64,000 nucleotides of DNA, taken from contig CAZIDM010000001.1 of the NCBI GenBank assembly GCA_964537915.1, positions 203,433 to 267,432 of the forward strand, in the 5' to 3' direction. The position numbers were made by a program, and so were the translations under genes. This stretch comes from an uncultured Dehalococcoidia bacterium (GTDB lineage Bacteria; Chloroflexota; Dehalococcoidia; Lucifugimonadales; UBA1123). Below, one piece after another: positions 1 through 8,439 of the stretch; position 1 is the stretch's first letter, and every line of letters starts with the position of its first letter. The notes beneath the pieces were generated by a model. The model was not told the DNA's origin and made no database searches. It worked only from the letters and a program-made list of their open reading frames with translations.

Positions 1-1
1 C

Positions 2-421
2 GCGATCATGGGTGGCGGATCGCTTGTTGGGTCACTCGCAATAGCGGCGCTCGGAAACTGGCGACGTGGAATGCTGCTTATCGTCGGGGCGTTCGCGTCA
101 GGCATAGCCCTTCTGCTGATCGCCGCATTCCCGTTCTACTACGCAGCCGCCGTGATCATGCTGCTTGTTGGCCTCGGAGATTCGGGGCGCAGGACGATAA
201 ACATGGGGCTGATCATGGAGGTCGTAGAGGACCAGTACCGAGGCCGTGTCATGAGCGTGTTCATGATGAACTTCGGACTCATGCCACTGGGAATGTTGCC
301 AGCGGGCCTGGCTGTGGACTACTTCGGCGGTCCCGTTGCTATCGCCATCCTGGGAGGTCTGCTCCTGGCCGTGGCGGCTGCGGTCCTGTTCACTCAGAAG
401 CAGCTGCGGAGCTTTCAGTAA
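2..421 (+). CDS. MFS transporter, C-terminal fragment (5' end lies beyond the left window edge)
   Basis: The reading frame is open back to position 2. The sequence is rich in TM helices. The tail 'RGRVMSVFMMNFGLMPLGMLPAGLAVDYFGGPVAIAILGG' parallels the C-terminus of the complete MFS at 54596 ('RGRVMGFYGMTWSIMPLGGMQAGAIASFVGVPVAIAIGG'). Confidence 0.8.
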   Translation, partial: AIMGGGSLVGSLAIAALGNWRRGMLLIVGAFASGIALLLIAAFPFYYAAAVIMLLVGLGDSGRRTINMGLIMEVVEDQYRGRVMSVFMMNFGLMPLGMLPAGLAVDYFGGPVAIAILGGLLLAVAAAVLFTQKQLRSFQ

Positions 422-501
422 TCAGCAACCAGTGACTGGCGACAAACCATGTTAACCACGCTTCGTCACCAGTTGCACTGGTCGCCTTGATTCAACGCTG
501 A

Positions 502-1296
502 TTACTGAGCGTTAGCGGTCTCCATCTCCCTGGAGACGGTCTCGAGCTCGGATACTGCGCTGTGGACGAGCGCGGGGTTGAGTCGCGCTGCGTGGTCGGT
601 GTATCCGGCCCTCTCGAGCATCGGACCGAGCTTGCCACCCTTGAACAGGTCGAGTGCCCATCCCAGTGGGTCGGGCACGGTCGTGTTGTCCAGGTACATG
701 CGCTGGTTCTTCGCCCTGGGACCGTAGTGGTAGTGCGGCGCCCTCTCGAAGCAGTCGAATGTCAGGAGTTCATACTCCTCTCCTGCGACGTCTCCGAGGA
801 CGTGAATTGCCACGCCGCGGTCGTTCGCGAGCTGCCTGAACTCAACGCCGAACCGCACCGGTCCGGCCTCCAGGATCACGTCCCCTCGGTCATGCATGAC
901 CGTTCTGCGTCCAGATACCGCCAGGTCGCGGGACTGCGACTCCAGTTCTGAGATTGCGGAACTCAGGTCGATCTCTTTGGCCGCTTCGGCAAGTTCAGGA
1001 TACTCTGCACGCTCGATCATCTCCGGCAGCCGGTCCTTGATCTGCTGGAGCGTCCAGTCTAGCGAATCGCCTTCGGTCGTCTTGTCCAGCATGAGGCGCT
1101 GGTTTCGCTTCTGGGGCCCGTAATGATAGTGAGGCTCATGGTCGAAGCAGTCGAACCTCAGCAGCTCGTGCTCGTCGTCCTCGCTGACATCCCCAAGAAC
1201 ATGAATGCAGACACCCTGGTCGTGCAAAAGGTCCCTGTACTCGATACCGAACTTGATCGCTGCGTCCCCGATGATAGTGTCGCCACGTTCCTTCAT
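502..1296 (-). CDS. Hypothetical protein made of two tandem ~130-aa homologous domains (FDCF-x3-PHYHYGP motif in each)
   Basis: 264-aa ORF with ATG start and an AAGGAGGA SD (revcomp of 1303-1310). Residues 1-132 and 133-264 align colinearly. I recognise no family. Confidence 0.7.
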   Translation of the reverse strand: MKERGDTIIGDAAIKFGIEYRDLLHDQGVCIHVLGDVSEDDEHELLRFDCFDHEPHYHYGPQKRNQRLMLDKTTEGDSLDWTLQQIKDRLPEMIERAEYPELAEAAKEIDLSSAISELESQSRDLAVSGRRTVMHDRGDVILEAGPVRFGVEFRQLANDRGVAIHVLGDVAGEEYELLTFDCFERAPHYHYGPRAKNQRMYLDNTTVPDPLGWALDLFKGGKLGPMLERAGYTDHAARLNPALVHSAVSELETVSREMETANAQ

Positions 1297-1357
1297 TCCG
1301 TCCTCCTTACACTTGGGTTGGCCCAGCTATTATACGCCTTCTGGAAAGCAGCCTGTT

Positions 1358-2380
1358 CTACTCCCATAAGAAGACCGGTTTACCCGTCCTTCCAGTGTCA
1401 AACAGTGTGTATGCCTCGTCCGCCTGATCGAGCGAATATCTATGCGTGATGAGCCGGTCCAGCGGCACCTCACGGTTGACTACGAACTCGGCCGCCTCGG
1501 CCAGGCCCGCCAGGCTGAACGTCCACGAACCGTAGATCGTCAACTGTTTGTGAATGATCTGCGCGCTGATGTCGAAGGTGGTCGTGTTGCCCTCTCCCAC
1601 GAAGCAGACGCGACCCCAGTACCGTGCCGAGTCGACTGCGTTGATCCGCACGTCGGGAATGCCGGTCGCGTCGAGGGTCGCGTCCGCCCCCTCACCCGCT
1701 GTCAGACTCCTGATCACGGTCTCTGCGTCGTCTCGTGAGGCGTCTACGACAGTGTCGGCACCTAACTCGGCGGCCATTTCGAGGCGCTCAGGAATGACGT
1801 CGACGGCAATCACCCGCGCCCCCATCGACTTTGCAAACATGGTCGCGCTCGCGCCAACAGGCCCCTGGCCAAAGATGGCAACCGTATCGACTCCCGTGAG
1901 TCCCAGGCGCTTGATCGCGTGAAATGCGGTGCCTGTTCCGCATGCCACCGCGGCGCCCTGGTCGAACGGCAACTCGTCCGGCATCTTTACGCAGGTCGAT
2001 GCTGGACAGAGTAGGAAGTCCTGATGTCCGCCATCAGCTGTCGAACCGTAGACTTCGTGGTGAACAAGACACATCTGGGTATAACCGATGCGACACATTG
2101 AACAGGCGTTGCACCCGGTATAGTGGTGCATCATCACCCTGTCGCCCACCTTGACCTCTGTCACGCCGGGGCCTACTTCAGCGACAACTCCGCACGGCTC
2201 GTGTCCGGCGACGTGGTACGGGGGAGCTAGCTCTGCGGCGGGAGTGCGATATCTGCGCAGGTCGCTGCCGCACAGTCCCGACGCCATCATCTTGAGCAGG
2301 ACTTCCCCCTGTCCGGGCTCCGGCTCGGGAAGATCTCGCAACTCAACCGCGCGGTCGCCGACGAATACGACTCCTCTCAT
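1358..2380 (-). CDS. Zinc-dependent alcohol/polyol dehydrogenase (MDR family, threonine/sorbitol-DH-like)
   Basis: 'GHEPCGVVAEVGPGV' catalytic-Zn motif, structural-Zn Cys cluster 'CNACSMCRIGYTQMC', and Rossmann 'IFGQGPVG'. I set the start at ATG 2380 ('MRGVVFVG') because a GGAGGA SD lies 5 nt upstream. The ORF track extends to 2407. Confidence 0.85.
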   Translation of the reverse strand: MRGVVFVGDRAVELRDLPEPEPGQGEVLLKMMASGLCGSDLRRYRTPAAELAPPYHVAGHEPCGVVAEVGPGVTEVKVGDRVMMHHYTGCNACSMCRIGYTQMCLVHHEVYGSTADGGHQDFLLCPASTCVKMPDELPFDQGAAVACGTGTAFHAIKRLGLTGVDTVAIFGQGPVGASATMFAKSMGARVIAVDVIPERLEMAAELGADTVVDASRDDAETVIRSLTAGEGADATLDATGIPDVRINAVDSARYWGRVCFVGEGNTTTFDISAQIIHKQLTIYGSWTFSLAGLAEAAEFVVNREVPLDRLITHRYSLDQADEAYTLFDTGRTGKPVFLWE

Positions 2381-2419
2381 AGCGATCCTCCAGGTCGCTG
2401 GCTCCACATGCTCGGCAAG

Positions 2420-2447
2420 TTGACCGGGCAGGTTCGTATGCTACAAT
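2420..2447 (+). promoter_or_regulatory. Sigma70-like promoter for fhs: TTGACC - 16 nt - (TGc)TACAAT
   Basis: -35 TTGACC at 2420-2425; extended -10 TGCTACAAT at 2439-2447; about 80 nt upstream of the fhs ATG. Confidence 0.5.
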
Positions 2448-2528
2448 TCGACCGTCGTTCTAGCAAGCGTTTCCGCAAGCTAATCATCAGGTCACCCCGT
2501 TACACCATAATACGTTGGAGGCAACTTC

Positions 2529-4154
2529 ATGCGCCCAATCGCAGATGTCGCAGAGGATCTCGGACTGGACCGAGACTCCATCATCCCTTACGGACACTTC
2601 AAGGCGAAGATCCCGTTGGATGCGATTCGCGATGACGGACGGCGCGGCAAAATGGTCGTTGTGACCGGAATCACGCCAACGCCGGCAGGTGAAGGCAAGA
2701 CCACAACCACGGTCGGACTCACCCAGGCGATGGGAAGACTCGGAAAGAATGTCGTGGCGACCCTCAGGGAGCCTTCGCTGGGACCTATCTTTGGCATCAA
2801 GGGTGGCGGAACTGGCGGAGGACTTAGCCTCATCGAGCCTCAGGACGAGGTCAACATTCACTTCACCGGCGATGCTCACGCTGTAAGCTCGGCCCACAAT
2901 CTGCTGGCATCTCTTACTGATAACGCGGCTCAGCGTGACAGCATTTCAGGATTCAGGCCAGAGGGGATTACGTGGAGGCGAGTAACTGACGTAGAAGACC
3001 GTGCTCTGCGTTCGATCATGACCGGCATCGGCGGTTCGAACAACACCCCTGTTAGGGAGAGCGGATTCGACATTGTGACAGCGTCCGAGATCATGGCAAT
3101 CCTGGCGCTCGCACGTGACCTTGAAGACCTTCGCGTTCGGCTGAGCCGGATCGTAGTCGGGTACACGAACCAGGGTGACCCGGTCACAGCGGACGACGTT
3201 GGAGCAGTCGGTTCGATGATGGCTCTGCTGCGATACGCCATCCAGCCAAACATCGTTCAGACAACCGAGGGACAGCCTGTAATCGTTCACGCCGGCCCCT
3301 TCGGAAACATAGCGCACGGATGCTCTTCAGTCGTGGGTGACAGGCTCGCCCTTGGCTACGCGGATTACGTGCTGTCCGAGGCAGGCTTCGGAGCAGACCT
3401 TGGCTTCGAGAAGTTCATGCACATCAAGGCCAGGTTCAACGGACTTGAGCCGCACGCCGCGGTCATCGTCGCGTCGGTCAGGGCCGTCAAGTACCACGGC
3501 GGAGTTAGAGTGCGTGACCTCGAGATTCCCAACACCGAAGCCGTCGAAGAAGGGATGTCAAATCTAACGCACCTGATTGGCATGATTCGTTCATTCAACC
3601 TGCCAGTAGTTGTTGCCCTCAACCACTTCCCTACGGATTCTCCTGAAGAGACCGCGATTATGAAGCGGGGCGCAGAAGAAGCCGGCGCGTTCGCCGCGGT
3701 GGAGAGCAAGGTTTTCGCTGACGGCGGTGCTGGTGGCATCGACCTTGCCAACGCCGTGATAGAGGCGACCAGCGCCGATGATCATCCTGAGATTAGCTAC
3801 GCCTACGAGATTGACGATACGCTCAGAGACAAGGTCACCGCCCTTGCGAAGCGTGTATATAACGCCGACCGCGTGACGTATGTGCTTGCCGCTGGTCGGC
3901 AGCTGCGACAGTTCCAGGAGCGGGGATGGGGCAACCTGCCTGTGTGCATGGCGAAGACTCACCTGTCCATATCGCACAGGGCGAACCTGAAGGGGCGCCC
4001 ATCTGGATACGTGTTCCAGGTATCAGACGTGCGAGCCTCAGTTGGAGCAGGGTTCATCTACCCGATAGCGGGCAACATCGTGACCATGCCCGGACTTCCA
4101 GGCTCTCCGCGACAGCTCGACGTTGACGAGAACGGAGCGATTCTGGGCCTGTAG
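2529..4154 (+). CDS. fhs: Formate--tetrahydrofolate ligase
   Basis: 'ITPTPAGEGKTTTTVGL' P-loop and full-length colinearity with FTHFS. GGAGG SD lies 7 nt upstream of the ATG. Confidence 0.95.
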   Translation: MRPIADVAEDLGLDRDSIIPYGHFKAKIPLDAIRDDGRRGKMVVVTGITPTPAGEGKTTTTVGLTQAMGRLGKNVVATLREPSLGPIFGIKGGGTGGGLSLIEPQDEVNIHFTGDAHAVSSAHNLLASLTDNAAQRDSISGFRPEGITWRRVTDVEDRALRSIMTGIGGSNNTPVRESGFDIVTASEIMAILALARDLEDLRVRLSRIVVGYTNQGDPVTADDVGAVGSMMALLRYAIQPNIVQTTEGQPVIVHAGPFGNIAHGCSSVVGDRLALGYADYVLSEAGFGADLGFEKFMHIKARFNGLEPHAAVIVASVRAVKYHGGVRVRDLEIPNTEAVEEGMSNLTHLIGMIRSFNLPVVVALNHFPTDSPEETAIMKRGAEEAGAFAAVESKVFADGGAGGIDLANAVIEATSADDHPEISYAYEIDDTLRDKVTALAKRVYNADRVTYVLAAGRQLRQFQERGWGNLPVCMAKTHLSISHRANLKGRPSGYVFQVSDVRASVGAGFIYPIAGNIVTMPGLPGSPRQLDVDENGAILGL

Positions 4155-4225
4155 GCGTCGACTACAACCCAAGCCGCACCTGGGTCGACTCACGGCTGGA
4201 AGACTAGCTTGCTCCTTCGGGCGAG

Positions 4226-5527
4226 TTGCTGGCGCATGCGGGATCAGCGAACGATCGTCTGGTAGACGCCATCGAAGAGGATTTGCCCTTGCCAGAGTTC
4301 TTTAATGTCCGGTCTCCCCGACAGGCGTTCGACGAACTGCTGCCCTATCTCGAAACGGTCTCTGACGTAGAGACTGTCAAGACAGGGGACTCGCTGGGGC
4401 GTGTCATCGCACGAGACATTAGTTCGCCGGAGGATCTTCCTGCGTTTCCCAGGTCCTCCATGGACGGATACTCGGTACGCGCAAGTGACACATTCGGAGC
4501 TTCCGAAAGCCTCCCTGCACTCTTCGAGGTAGTCGGCGACATTCCGACTGGCGAGTCGTCTGACGTACAACTTGGGACCGGTGATGCGGCTGTCGCATAC
4601 ACCGGGGGAGTCTTGGCAGACGGCGCCGACGCCGTTGTCATGATTGAGCGTACCCAGCCTGCCGACGAGGTCTCGATTGAAGTCCTCAGACCGGTCGCCC
4701 CCGGAGAGAACGTCATCCAGGTCGGTGAAGACATAAAGTCCGGTGAGGCTCTATTCACGTCCGGGCATCGCATCAGACCGCAGGACATTGGCGGTCTGCT
4801 TGCCCTCGGGATTACCAGCGTGCCAGTCCATCGGCGACCGGTTGTGGGTATAGTTTCTACGGGGGACGAACTCACGGATCCCTCAGTTCGCCCACCTAGA
4901 GGAAAGATACGCGACATAAATACCTACACCATCGCGGCTCGCTCAGCCCAATGTGGTGCGACTCACACCTCGGCTGGAATAGTACGGGACGAATTCGAGC
5001 CTCAGATGAAGGCTGCCCGCGCCACACTTGCCGACTCGGACATCCTGGTCTTCTCTGCTGGAAGCTCCTTGAGCACCAGGGATATGACGGCAGATGTCTT
5101 TAACCGGCTTGGAGAGCCGGGCGTGCTGCTCCACGGCATTTCCATCAAGCCCGGCAAGCCGACAGTAGTAGGTGTCGCCCAGGGCAAGCCCCTATTTGGC
5201 CTTCCTGGGAATCCTGTGTCGGCTTTGGTGGTCTTCGATCTGCTCGTGGCTCCGACAATCCGTGTACTTTCAGGGGAGAAAAGTCCACCAATCGTTCCAG
5301 AGGTGTCGGCGGTCCTTACCCAGGACGTACCTTCTGAGTCGGGACGCGAAGATTACGTGCCCGTGACACTCTCCACCATGAATGGCCACCGTTCCGCGAC
5401 ACCAGTCTTCGGCAAGTCCAACCTCATCTTCACCCTGATAAAGTCCGACGGAGTCATCGAAGTCCCCATCGATTCCGGTGGACTGTATGCGGGTGAGACC
5501 GTTGACGTCAGGACCTACCCTTCATGA
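4226..5527 (+). CDS. moeA: Molybdopterin molybdenum/tungsten transferase MoeA
   Basis: 'SSMDGYSVRA', 'STGDELT', 'ISIKPGKPTVVG', 'GLPGNPVSALVVF'. The exact start is uncertain: TTG 4226, or an internal TTG near 4285. Confidence 0.85.
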   Translation: MLAHAGSANDRLVDAIEEDLPLPEFFNVRSPRQAFDELLPYLETVSDVETVKTGDSLGRVIARDISSPEDLPAFPRSSMDGYSVRASDTFGASESLPALFEVVGDIPTGESSDVQLGTGDAAVAYTGGVLADGADAVVMIERTQPADEVSIEVLRPVAPGENVIQVGEDIKSGEALFTSGHRIRPQDIGGLLALGITSVPVHRRPVVGIVSTGDELTDPSVRPPRGKIRDINTYTIAARSAQCGATHTSAGIVRDEFEPQMKAARATLADSDILVFSAGSSLSTRDMTADVFNRLGEPGVLLHGISIKPGKPTVVGVAQGKPLFGLPGNPVSALVVFDLLVAPTIRVLSGEKSPPIVPEVSAVLTQDVPSESGREDYVPVTLSTMNGHRSATPVFGKSNLIFTLIKSDGVIEVPIDSGGLYAGETVDVRTYPS

Positions 5528-7482
5528 CTCATGGCCACGGAAGACATGGCAGGCGCTACTATCTCCAGGACGTACCGCTGGAGGAGGCCAGAACTCGGTT
5601 CCACGAGGCATTGACGTCCGCGGGTGCGCTGGAACACGCGAAGTCGCAGACTATCCCAATTCAGAGTGCGTTGGGACGAATAACCGCAGCTCCTGTCTGG
5701 GCAGTGCGGTCTGCGCCACACTATGACTCTGCAGCCATGGACGGCGTGGCGGTCAGGTCGAGAGAGACCATGGGGGCGACTGAGACTTCTCCCCTCACAT
5801 TGTCCCTGCCCAACCAGGCGAGATGGGTTGACACTGGAGAACCCGTCCCGGATGGATTCGACGCGGTTATCATGATCGAGGTCGTTGAGGAGGTAGACGA
5901 TACGACAATCCGGATCGCGGCTCCCGTTCCCCCCTACAACCACGTGAGGGCTATTGGGGAGGACATAGTAGCATCCGAGTTGCTGCTCCCAGAGAATCAC
6001 AGACTACGCCCCGCCGACCTCGGCGCCTGCGCGGCGGCGGGTGTCACAGATGTCGAAGTGCGACGAAGTCCACGAGTTGCGATCATCCCAACCGGGACAG
6101 AACTGGTCGATATCGACGCCGACCCCAAGCCCGGTGACATCGTGGAGTTCAACTCCCTGGTGCTGGGAGGTATGCTCAGAGAATGGGGTGCTGAACCAGT
6201 CAGAATTCCCCCAGTCTCCGACGACCCCCAGAAGCTTCGAAACGCGATTTCGGAAGCCGTTGACAAGCACGATGTCGTGCTGGTCAATGCCGGCTCTTCG
6301 GCAGGGGCCGAAGACTACACCGCCGGGCTCGTAGAAGAGCTTGGCGACCTTGTCGTACACGGAGTTGCGATCAGGCCGGGTCACCCTATCGTTTTGGGAA
6401 TTGTCGAGGGCAAAGCCGTTCTGGGAATTCCAGGCTATCCGGTGTCCGCGGCAATTGCCTGCGAGCTGTTTGTCCAACCAGTCGTCGAGGCTTTGCTTGG
6501 TCACCGAATGGCGCCAAGGCAGACCGCAGGGGCAGTTGTAACACGCCGAATCCAGTCTCCAATGGGCGAGGACGAATTCCTGAGGGTGAGACTCGGCCAG
6601 GTTGGAGATCGACTGGTAGCGACTCCCGTACAGCGTGGCGCAGGGGTAATCAGTTCTCTTGTACGCGCAGATGGAATCGCGCTCATACCCCGATTGTCGG
6701 AGGGTCTCGAGGCAGGTTCAGTGGTTCAGGTTCAACTGCTCAAGCCATTGGAAGAGGTCCAGAATACCATCGTTGCCATTGGCAGCCACGACATGGTGCT
6801 GGACCTGATTGCAAGTCACCTGAGCAGGCGAGCAGGGGTTCCGGGTCTGTCCTCAGCCAATGTGGGAAGCATGGGAGGACTGTTGGCGATTCGCAGGGGC
6901 GAGGCCCACATGGCTGGTGCACACTTGATGGACGAAGAGACCGGGGAGTACAACGAGTCTTACATCAGGCGGTACATCCCCCACAGGGAGGTTGCCCTCG
7001 TCCACCTGGTTGCACGCACGCAAGGCATCATGGTCAAGCCAGGCAACCCGCTGGAAATCTCATCACTGTCCGACCTAACCAGGTCCGATGTCGGATTCGT
7101 CAATCGACAGAGGGGCTCCGGCACCCGTGTGCTCCTGGACTTCGAGCTCCGTAAGGCTGGCGTCGATGGGGGCGCAGTTCGAGGGTATACTCGCGAGGAG
7201 TACACTCACCTCGCCGTCGCTGCTGCCGTGAATGGTGGGAAGGCTGACGCCGGACTTGGCATTCTTCCGGCCGCCAGGGCAATGGGCCTGGACTTCATAC
7301 CCTTGTTCAGCGAGGAGTACGACCTGGTGATTCCCACTGAGAATCTGGACTCCGACCTGCTGGCTCCGCTAATGGATCTGATTCGTACGCCCGAATTCCA
7401 ACGAGAAGTCGAAGCTCTCGGTGGATATGATGCTAACGAAATGGGGACTCTCAAGATGACCATCGGTGGCGGTCACTCGTAA
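5524..7482 (+). CDS. moeA: MoeA paralogue fused to a C-terminal PBP-like (molybdate/tungstate-binding-type) domain
   Basis: 'AAMDGVAVRS', 'PTGTELV', 'VAIRPGHPIVLG', 'GIPGYPVSAAIA', followed by a ~240-aa periplasmic-binding-protein-like domain ('GSHDMVLDL...NRQRGSGTR...'). ATGA overlap with the upstream moeA stop. Confidence 0.85.
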   Translation: MTHGHGRHGRRYYLQDVPLEEARTRFHEALTSAGALEHAKSQTIPIQSALGRITAAPVWAVRSAPHYDSAAMDGVAVRSRETMGATETSPLTLSLPNQARWVDTGEPVPDGFDAVIMIEVVEEVDDTTIRIAAPVPPYNHVRAIGEDIVASELLLPENHRLRPADLGACAAAGVTDVEVRRSPRVAIIPTGTELVDIDADPKPGDIVEFNSLVLGGMLREWGAEPVRIPPVSDDPQKLRNAISEAVDKHDVVLVNAGSSAGAEDYTAGLVEELGDLVVHGVAIRPGHPIVLGIVEGKAVLGIPGYPVSAAIACELFVQPVVEALLGHRMAPRQTAGAVVTRRIQSPMGEDEFLRVRLGQVGDRLVATPVQRGAGVISSLVRADGIALIPRLSEGLEAGSVVQVQLLKPLEEVQNTIVAIGSHDMVLDLIASHLSRRAGVPGLSSANVGSMGGLLAIRRGEAHMAGAHLMDEETGEYNESYIRRYIPHREVALVHLVARTQGIMVKPGNPLEISSLSDLTRSDVGFVNRQRGSGTRVLLDFELRKAGVDGGAVRGYTREEYTHLAVAAAVNGGKADAGLGILPAARAMGLDFIPLFSEEYDLVIPTENLDSDLLAPLMDLIRTPEFQREVEALGGYDANEMGTLKMTIGGGHS

Positions 7483-7501
7483 CGTCTGATAGTCTGAGAT
7501 C

Positions 7502-8137
7502 ATGGACGATCCAGAACAGCTTGACTCAGATATAACCGCGGTGGTGCTTGCTGGCGGCATGAGCAGAAGACTCGGCCGCAATAAGGCGTTAGAGCCGTTC
7601 GAGGGAGAGCCGCTGATTCGGCGGGTAGTCTCAAGGATGAGTCGCGTCGGTGACCCGGTGACGGTCATCGTCAATAGTCCTGAGCGTGCCACCGAACTCA
7701 ACCTGCCCGAAGGCGTAGAGACCGCCACTGACAGGTATCCTGACAAGGGGTCCCTCGGCGGGATCATAACGGGCCTACTCACGGCTCCGACGGAATGGTC
7801 GGCATTTTGCGCGTGCGACATGCCGTTCCTGAACATACGCCTGTACCAATACCTTGCCTCACAGCGCTCTGGCTACGACGCCGTCGTTCCGGTAGTAGAA
7901 GGAAGGCCGGAACCTACTCACGCCCTCTATTCGCGAGTCTGCATTGATCCCATCAGGCAACGAATCGATGCAAATGACTTGAAGATCTCATCATTTTTCC
8001 CCGATGTGCGTGTGAAGCTCGTTCCTGAGGAAGAGATACGCAGTACAGACCCCTACCTCCTCAGTTTCTTCAACATGAACACGCAGGAAGACCTCGAAAC
8101 GGCCCTTGAGTTGGCTAACGGATCGGACACCGTGTGA
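7502..8137 (+). CDS. mobA: Molybdenum cofactor guanylyltransferase
   Basis: 'AVVLAGGMSRRLGRNKAL' signature and ~200-aa length. Confidence 0.85.
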   Translation: MDDPEQLDSDITAVVLAGGMSRRLGRNKALEPFEGEPLIRRVVSRMSRVGDPVTVIVNSPERATELNLPEGVETATDRYPDKGSLGGIITGLLTAPTEWSAFCACDMPFLNIRLYQYLASQRSGYDAVVPVVEGRPEPTHALYSRVCIDPIRQRIDANDLKISSFFPDVRVKLVPEEEIRSTDPYLLSFFNMNTQEDLETALELANGSDTV

Positions 8138-8436
8138 GAGCACTAGACGCCACAACCGTGTCTGTGACAGTAGAGCTATTCGGTCACGCCCGTCTGGTCT
8201 GCGGACAGAGAGAGATCGCGTTGCATCTACCTACTGAGTTGACCCCGTCGGAGCTAGCCAGTGCCCTCTGTGCTTCCACGCCATCGTTGAAGGGGATTGT
8301 CGTGGACAGGAGCGGCCACGAATTTATGGCGAGCTACACGGCAAACCTGAATGGTCATTCGTTCCTTGAGAGTTCCCCTGTAGGAATCGTCGAAGGTGAT
8401 CGAATCTTCGTATTTTCCAGCCAGGCTGGAGGCTAG
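8134..8436 (+). CDS. moaD: MoaD/ThiS-family ubiquitin-like sulfur-carrier protein
   Basis: 100 aa with a C-terminal '...FSSQAGG' di-glycine. GTGA overlap with mobA; ends 3 nt before the aor start. Confidence 0.7.
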   Translation: MRALDATTVSVTVELFGHARLVCGQREIALHLPTELTPSELASALCASTPSLKGIVVDRSGHEFMASYTANLNGHSFLESSPVGIVEGDRIFVFSSQAGG

Positions 8437-8439
8437 TTC

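Noticed and set aside
8-421. The 137-aa ORF as a complete small membrane protein.
   Set aside because: The frame is open to the window edge, and the sequence aligns to the C-terminal third of the two complete MFS paralogues. It is a truncated gene.
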